From assembly GCA_964016885.1 (NCBI GenBank), contig OZ024741.1:254944001-255008000 (forward strand): a stretch of 64,000 bases of DNA, read 5' to 3'. Shown here in pieces: positions 56,301 to 64,000 of the stretch. The stretch comes from Eledone cirrhosa (taxonomy: Eukaryota). A program made the translations under genes and the position numbers. Within the stretch, counting starts at the first letter, position 1, and every line of letters starts with the position of its first letter. Under the pieces are notes generated by a model that searched no databases, had not been told where the DNA came from, and saw only the letters and a list, made by a program, of their open reading frames with translations.

Positions 56301-59300
56301 TTACGGGTGTTTCGGCTTACGAGTGTTTCGACTTACGAGTGTTTCGGCTTACGAGTGTTTCGACTTACTAATGTTTTTACTTACGAGTGTTTCGGCGTAC
56401 GAGTGTTTCGACTTCCGAGTGTTTCGACTTACGGGTGTTTTGACTTTCGGGTGTTTCGGCTTACGAGTGTTTTGACTTACGAGTGTTTTGACTTAAGGGT
56501 GTTTCGACTTACGAGTATTTTTGGCTTACGAGTGTTTCGACTTACGAGTGTTTTGACTTACGAGTGTTCTGATTTAAGGATGTTTCGACATACGAGTGTT
56601 TCGACATACGAGTGTTTCGACTTATGAGTGTTTCGACTTACGAGTGTTTCGACTTACGAGTGTTTCGGCTTATGATTGTTTCGACTTACGAGTGTTTTGA
56701 CTTACGGTGTTTCAGCTTACGAGTGTTTCGACTTACGAGTGTTTTGACTTACGGGTGTTTTGACATACGAGTGTTTCGATACGAGTGTTCTGACTTACGA
56801 GTGTTCTGACTTACGAGTGTTCCGACTTACGAGTGTTCCGACTTACGAGTGTTTCGGCTTACGAGTGTTTCCGGCTTACGAGTGTTTCGACTTACGAGTG
56901 TTTTGACTTACGGTGTTTCGGCTTACGAGTGATTCGACTTACGAGTGTTTTGACTTACGGGTGTTTTGACTTACGGGTGTTGTGAATTACGAGTGTTCCG
57001 ATTTACGAGTGTTTTGACTTACGGTGTTTCGGCTTACGAGTGATTCGACTTACGAATGTTTTGACTTACGGGTGTTTCGGCTTGCGAGTGTTTCGACTTA
57101 CGAGTGTTTCGGCTTATGAGTGTTTCGACTTACTAATGTTTTTACTTACGAGTGTTCTGACTTACGAGTGTTCCGACTTACGAGTGTTCCGACTTACGAG
57201 TGTTTCGGCTTACGAGTGTTTCCGGCTTACGAGTGTTTCGACTTACGAGTGTTTCGACTTACGAGTGTTTTGACTTACGGTGTTTCGACTTACGAGTGAT
57301 TCGACTTACGAGTGGTTTGACTTACGGGTGTTTTGACTTACGGGTGTTGTGAATTACGAGTGTTCCGATTTACGAGTGTTTTGACTTACGGTGTTTCGGC
57401 TTACGAGTGATTCGACTTACGAATGTTTTGACTTACGGGTGTTTCGGCTTGCTAGTGTTTCGACTTACGAGTGTTTCGGCTTATGAGTGTTTCGACTTAC
57501 TACTGTTTTTACTTACGTGTGTTTCGGCGTACGAGTGTTTTGACTTACGAGTGTTTCGAATTACGAGTGTTTTGACTTACGAATGTTTTGACATACGGGT
57601 GTTTCGACTTACGAGTGTTTCGACTTACGAGTGTTTCGGCTTGCGAGTGTTTCGACTTACTAATGTTTTTACTTACGAGTTTTTCGGCGTACGAGTGTTT
57701 CGACTTACGAGTGTTTCGACTTACGGGTGTTTTGACTTAAGGGTGTTTCGACTTACAAGTGCTTCGACATACGAGTGTTTCGACTTACGAGTGTTTCGAC
57801 TTACGAGTGTTTTGACTTACGGGTGTTTTGACATACGAGTGTTTCGATACGAGTGTTTCGACTTACGAGTGTTCTGACTTACGAGTGTTCTGACTTACGA
57901 GTGTTCTGATTTACGAGTGGTCCGACTTACGAGTGTTTCGGCTAACGAGTGTTTCGGCTTACGAGTGTTTCGACTTACGGGTGTTTTGACATACGAGTGT
58001 TTCGATACGAGTGTTTCGACTTACGAGTGTTCTGACTTACGAGTGTTCTGACTTACGAGTGTTCTGATTTACGAGTGTTCCGACTTACGAGTGTTTCGGC
58101 TTACGAGTGTTTCGGCTTACGAGTGTTTCGACTTACGAGTGTTTCGACTTACGAGTGTTCCGACTTACGGGTGTTTCGACTTACGAGTGGTTTGGCTTAC
58201 GGTGTTTCGGCTTACGAGTGTTTCGAGTTACGAGTGTTTTGACTTACGCGTGTTTTGACATACGAGTGTTTCGATACGAGTGTTCTGACTTACGAGTGTT
58301 CTGACTTACGAGTGTTCTGACTTACGAGTGTTCCGACTTTACGAGTGTTTCGGCTCACGAGTGTTTCGGCTTACGAGTGATTCGACTTACGAGTGTTTTG
58401 ACTTACGGGTGTTTCGGCTTGCGAGTGTTTCGACTTACGAGTGTTTCGGCTTATGAGTGTTTCGACTTACTAATGTTTTTACTTACGAGTGTTTCGGCGT
58501 TCGAGTGTTTTGACTTACGAGTGTTTCGACTTACGAGTGTTTCGACTTACGAGTGTTTTGACTTACGAATGTTTTGACTTACGGGTGTTTCGGCTTACGA
58601 GTGTTTCGACTTACGAGTCTTTCGGCTTACGAGTGTTTCGACTTACTAATGTTTTTACTTACGAGTGTTTCGGTGTACGAGTGTTTCGACTTACGGGTGT
58701 TTCGACTTACGGGTGTTTTGACTTACGGGTGTTTCGGCTAACGAGTGTTTTGACTTACGAGTGTTTTGACTTAAGGGTGTTTCGACTTACGAGTATTTTT
58801 GGCTTACGAGTGTTTCGACTTACGAGTGTTTTGACTTACGAGTGTTCTGATTTACGGATGTTTCGACATACGAGTGTTTCGACTTACGAGTGTTTCGACT
58901 ATGAGTGTTTCGACTTACGAGTGTTTCGACTTACGAGTGTTTCGGCTTACGAGTGTTTCGACTTACTAATGTTCTTACTTACGAGTGTTTCGGCGTACGA
59001 GAGTTTTGACTTACGAGTGTTTCGACTTACGAGTGTTTCGACTTACGAGTGTTTTGACTTACGAAAGTTTTGACTTACGGGTGTTTCGGCTTACGAGTGT
59101 TTCGACTTACGAGTCTTTCGGCTTACGAGTGTTTCGGCGTACGAGTGTTTCGACTTACGAGTGTTTCGACTTACGAGTGTTTTGACTTACGGGTGTTTTG
59201 ACATACGAGTGTTTCGATACGAGTGTTTCGACTTACGAGTGTTCTGACTTACGAGTGTTCTGACTTACGAGTGTTCTGACTTACGAGTGTTCTGATTTAC

Positions 59301-59562
59301 GAGTGTTCCGACTTACGAGTGTTTCAGCTTACGAGTGTTTCGGCTTACGAGTGTTTCGACTTACGGGTGTTTTGACTTACGGATGTTTCGGCTTACGAGT
59401 GTTTCGGCTTATGATTGTTTCGACTTACGAGTGTTTTGACTTACGGTGTTTCAGCTTGCGAGTGTTTCGACTTACGAGTGATTTGACTTACGGGTGGTTT
59501 GACATACGAGTGTTTCGATACGAGTGTTCTGACTTACGAGTGTTCTGACTTACGAGTGTTTT
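53355..59562. repeat. Block B, copy 3 (slightly more diverged)
   Basis: Offset 12,501 from copy 2 (41134/53635, 43072/55573, 46802/59303), with several single-base differences. Confidence 0.9.
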
Positions 59563-62500
59563 GACTTACGAGTGTTCTGACTTACGAGTGTTCCGACTTA
59601 CGAGTGTTCCGACTTACGAGTGTTTCGGCTTACGAGTGTTTCCGGCTTACGAGTGTTTCGACTTACGAGTGTTTTGACCTACGGTGTTTCGGCTTACGAG
59701 TGATTCGACTTACGAGTGTTTTGACTTACGGGTGTTTTGACTTACGGGTGTTGTGAATTACGAGTGTTCCGATTTACGAGTGTTTTGACTTACGGTGTTT
59801 CGGCTTACGAGTGATTCGACTTACGAATGTTTTGACTTACGGGTGTTTCGGCTTGCGAGTGTTTCGACTTACGAATGTTTCGGCTTATGAGTGTTTCGAC
59901 TTACTAATGTTTTTACTTACGAGTGTTCTGACTTACGAGTGTTCCGACTTACGAGTGTTCCGACTTACGAGTGTTTCGGCTTACGAGTGTTTCCGGCTTA
60001 CGAGTGTTTCGACTTACGAGTGTTTCGACTTACGAGTGTTTTGACTTACGGTGTTTCGACTTACGAGTGATTCGACTTACGGGTGTTTTGACTTTCGGGT
60101 GTTTCGGCTTACGAGTGTTTTGACTTAAGGGTGTTTCGACTTAGGAGTATTTTTGGCTTACGAGTGTTTCGACTTACGAGTGTTTTGACTTACGAGTGTT
60201 CTGATTTAATGATGTTTCGACATACGAGTGTTTCGACTTACGAGTGTTTCGACTTATGAGTGTCTCGACTTACGAGTGTTTCGACTTACGAGTGTTTCGG
60301 CTTATGATTGTTTCGACTTACGAGTGTTTTGACTTACGGTGTTTCAGCTTACGAGTGTTTCGACTTACGAGTGTTTTGACTTACGGGTGTTTTGACATAC
60401 GAGTGTTTCGATACGAGTGTTCTGACTTACGAGTGTTCTGACTTACGAGTGTTCCGACTTACGAGTGTTCCGACTTACGAGTGTTTCGGCTTACGAGTGT
60501 TTCCGGCTTACGAGTGTTTCGACTTACGAGTGTTTTGACTTACGGTGTTTCGGCTTACGAGTGATTCGACTTACGAGTGTTTTGACTTACGGGTGTTTTG
60601 ACTTACGGGTGTTGTGAATTACGAGTGTTCCGATTTACGAGTGTTTTGACTTACGGTGTTTCGGCTTACGAGTGATTCGACTTACGAATGTTTTGACTTA
60701 CGGGTGTTTCGGCTTGCGAGTGTTTCGACTTACGAGTGTTTCGGCTTATGAGTGTTTCGACTTACTAATGTTTTTACTTACGAGTGTTCTGACTTACGAG
60801 TGTTCCGACTTACGAGTGTTCCGACTTACGAGTGTTTCGGCTTACGAGTGTTTCCGGCTTACGAGTGTTTCGACTTACGAGTGTTTCGACTTACGAGTGT
60901 TTTGACTTACGGTGTTTCGACTTACGAGTGATTCGACTTACGAGTGGTTTGACTTACGGGTGTTTTGACTTACGGGTGTTGTGAATTACGAGTGTTCCGA
61001 TTTACGAGTGTTTTGACTTACGGTGTTTCGGCTTACGAGTGATTCGACATACGAGTGTTTCGATACGAGTGTTTCGACTTACGAGTGTTTCGGCTTGCGG
61101 GTGTTTCGACTTACTAATGTTTTTACTTACGAGTTTTTCGGCGTACGAGTGTTTCGACTTACGAGTGTTTCGACTTACGGGTGTTTTGACTTAAGGGTGT
61201 TTCGACTTACAAGTGTTTCGACATACGAGTGTTCTGACTTACGAGTGTTCTGACTTACGAGTGTTCTGATTTACGAGTGTTCCGACTTACGAGTGTTTCG
61301 GCTAACGAGTGTTTCGGCTTACGAGTGTTTCGACTTACGGGTGTTTTGACATACGAGTGTTTCGATACGAGTGTTTCGACTTACGAGTGTTCTGACTTAC
61401 GAGTGTTCTGACTTACGAGTGTTCTGATTTACGAGTGTTCCGACTTACGAGTGTTTCGGCTTACGAGTGTTTCGGCTTACGAGTGTTTCGACTTACGAGT
61501 GTTTCGACTTACGAGTGTTCCGACTTACGGGTGTTTCGACTTACGAGTGGTTTGGCTTACGGTGTTTCGGCTTACGAGTGTTTCGAGTTACGAGTGTTTT
61601 GACTTACGCGTGTTTTGACATACGAGTGTTTCGATACGAGTGTTCTGACTTACGAGTGTTCTGACTTACGAGTGTTCTGACTTACGAGTGTTCCGACTTT
61701 ACGAGTGTTTCGGCTCACGAGTGTTTCGGCTTACGAGTGATTCGACTTACGAGTGTTTTGACTTACGGGTGTTTTGTCTTACGGGTGATGTGAATTACCA
61801 GTGTTCCGATTTACGAGTGTTTTGACTTACGGTGTTTCGGCTTGCGAGTGTTTCGACTTACGAGTGTTTCGGCTTATGAGTGTTTCGACTTACTAATGTT
61901 TTTACTTACGAGTGTTTCGGCGTTCGAGTGTTTTAACTTACGAGTGTTTCGACTTACGAGTGTTTTGACTTACGAATGTTTTGACTTACGGGTGTTTCGG
62001 CTTACGGGTGTTTCGACTTACGAGTGTTTCGACTTATGAGTGTTTCGACTTACGAGTGTTCTGACTTACGAGTGTTCCGACTTACGAGTGTTTCGGTTTA
62101 CGAGTGTTTCGACATACGAGTGTTTTGACTTACGGGCGTTTCGACTTACGGGTGTTTCGACTTACGAGTGTTTCGGCTTACGAGTGTTTCGACTTACTAA
62201 TGTTTTTACTTACGAGTGTTTCGGTGTACGAATGTTTTGACTTAAGGATGTTTCGACTTACGAGTGTTTCGACTTACGAGTGTTTCGGCTTACGTGAGTT
62301 TCGACTTAAGAGTGTTCTGATTTACGAGTGTTCTGACTTGCGGGTGTTCTGATTTACGAGTGTTCCGACTTACGAATGTTTCGGCTTACGAGTGTTTCGA
62401 CATACGAGTGTTTTGACTTACGGGTGTTTCGACTTACGAGTGTTTTGACTTACGAATGTTTTGACTTACGGGTGATTCGGCTTACGAGTGTTTCGACTTA

Positions 62501-64000
62501 CGAGTGTTTCGGCTTACGAGTGTTTCGACTTACTAATGTTTTTACTTACGAGTGTTTCGGCGTACGAGAGTTATGACTTACGAGTGTTTCGACTTACGAG
62601 TGTTTTGACTTACGAATGTTTTGACTTACGGGTGTTTCGGCTTATGAGTGTTTCGACTTACGAGTCTTTCGGCTTACGAGTGTTTCGACTTACTAATGTT
62701 TTTACTTACGAGTGTTTCGGCGTACGAGTGTTTCGACTTACGAGTGTTTCGACTTACGGGTGTTTTGACTTACGGGTGTTTCGGCTTACGAGTGTTTCGA
62801 CTTACGAGTATTTTGACTTAAGGGTGTTTCGACTTACGAGTATTTTTGGCTTACGAGTGTTTCGACTTACGAGTGTTTTGACTTACGAGTGTCTGATTTA
62901 CGGATGTTTCGACATACGAGTGTTTCGACTTACGAGTGTTTCGACTTATGAGTGTTTCGACTTACGAGTGTTTCGGCTTACGAGTGTTTCGACTTACGAG
63001 TGTTTTGACTTACGGTGTTTCGGCTTACGAGTGTTCCGACTTACGAGTGTTTTGACCTACGGGTGTTTTGACATACGAGTGTTTCGATACGAGTGTTCTG
63101 ACTTACGAGTGTTCTGACTTACGAGTGTTCCGACTTACGAGTGTTCCGACTTACGAGTGTTTCGGCTTACGAGTGTTTCCGGCTTACGAGTGTTTCGACT
63201 TACGAGTGTTTTGACCTACGGTGTTTCGGCTTACGAGTGATTCTACTTACGAGTGTTTTGACTTACGGGTGTTTTGACTTACGGGTGTTGTGAATTACGA
63301 GTGTTCCGATTTACGAGTGTTTTGACTTACGGTGTTTCGGCTTACGAGTGATTCGACTTACGAATGTTTTGACTTACGGGTGTTTCGGCTTGCGAGTGTT
63401 TCGACTTACGAATGTTTCGGCTTATGAGTGTTTCGACTTACTAATGTTTTTACTTACGAGTGTTCTGACTTACGAGTGTTCCGACTTACGAGTGTTCCGA
63501 CTTACGAGTGTTTCGGCTTACGAGTGTTTCCGGCTTACGAGTGTTTCGACTTACGAGTGTTTCGACTTACGAGTGTTTTGACTTACAGTGTTTCGACTTA
63601 CGAGTGATTCGACTTACGGGTGTTTTGACTTTCGGGTGTTTCGGCTTACGAGTGTTTTGACTTAAGGGTGTTTCGACTTACGAGTATTTTTGGCTTACGA
63701 GTGTTTCGACTTACGAGTGTTTTGACTTACGAGTGTTCTGATTTAAGGATGTTTCGACATACGAGTGTTTCGACTTACGAGTGTTTCGACTTATGAGTGT
63801 CTCGACTTACGAGTGTTTCGACTTACGAGTGTTTCGGCTTATGATTGTTTCGACTTACGAGTGTTTTGACTTACGGTGTTTCAGCTTACGAGTGTTTCGA
63901 CTTACGAGTGTTTTGACTTACGGGTGTTTTGACATACGAGTGTTTCGATACGAGTGTTCTGACTTACGAGTGTTCTGACTTACGAGTGTTCCGACTTACG
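59563..64000. repeat. Full-length unit A (3,537 bp) plus the start of a further A truncated by the window end
   Basis: Offset 41,792 from the first A (18452/60244, 19675/61467, 20696/62488), changing to 41,791 after a 1-bp deletion near 62892 (gagtgtctgattt). Confidence 0.9.

Larger units (their letters stand above)
1..64000. repeat. 16-bp tandem satellite array, consensus CGACTTACGAGTGTTT, ~4,000 monomers, single orientation, runs off both window ends
   Basis: The monomer is visible on every line. Recurrent substitution variants: ttttgac, ggcttac, acgggtg, ttctgac, ttccgac, ttatgag. Length variants: 14 bp (ttcgatacg), 15 bp (ttacggtgt) and 17 bp (tttccggc, gactttacg). Confidence 0.99.

Noticed and set aside
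13-63978. The many + strand ORFs of 60-209 aa
   Set aside because: They are translations of the stop-free 16-bp monomer. They overlap in all three frames, most begin at GTG or TTG inside the repeat, frameshifting 14/15/17-bp monomers and TGA variants are frequent, and there is no unique domain.
1-64000. CRISPR array
   Set aside because: There are no unique spacers, the repeats are directly adjacent and only 16 bp, and no cas gene or leader is present.
1-64000. Telomerase-made telomeric repeat (G+T-rich strand; 16-bp telomere units exist in some yeasts)
   Set aside because: The consensus lacks a G-run and matches no telomere repeat I know. Variants are inherited in kb-scale blocks, which indicates recombinational copying rather than template addition. 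A subtelomeric location cannot be excluded.
1-64000. Variant order as an information-bearing code or antigenic-variation cassette store
   Set aside because: The order is adequately explained by nested duplication and deletion. No expression site, recombinase or reverse transcriptase is present in the window.
1-64000. G-quadruplex array or large inverted repeat
   Set aside because: GGG occurs only in scattered variant monomers at least 16 bp apart, and I saw no reverse-orientation monomers (aaacactcgtaagtcg).
1-64000. Pure sequencing artefact or synthetic concatemer
   Set aside because: Shared derived variants form a consistent nested history across copies, unlike random read error. The copy number of the near-identical blocks could still be misassembled.

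Overview
The whole 64-kb window is one head-to-tail satellite array of a 16-bp monomer (consensus CGACTTACGAGTGTTT, 7/16 GC, two CpGs, about 4,000 copies), with no inversion seen. I find no supportable gene, RNA gene, CRISPR array or transposon. All listed ORFs are by-products of a monomer that has no stop codon on + and contains TAA on -. The information lies in how monomer variants are ordered. They form nested higher-order repeats at about 111 bp, 367 bp, 861 bp, 3.1-3.5 kb and 12.5/13.3/16.0 kb. From 17.8 kb onward the array reads A A B A' A A B A' A B A A (A 3,522-3,538 bp, B 6,208 bp, A' a 2,771-bp deleted A), and its duplication history can be reconstructed. The only non-satellite sequence I saw is a ~69-bp AT-rich island at 9443-9511. 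This looks like eukaryotic heterochromatic or (peri)centromeric satellite, but that is inference: I do not recognise the family or organism, and I see no evidence of a new protein-coding system. Periods come from coordinate offsets of identical ORF translations plus spot checks by eye, so block boundaries are approximate.
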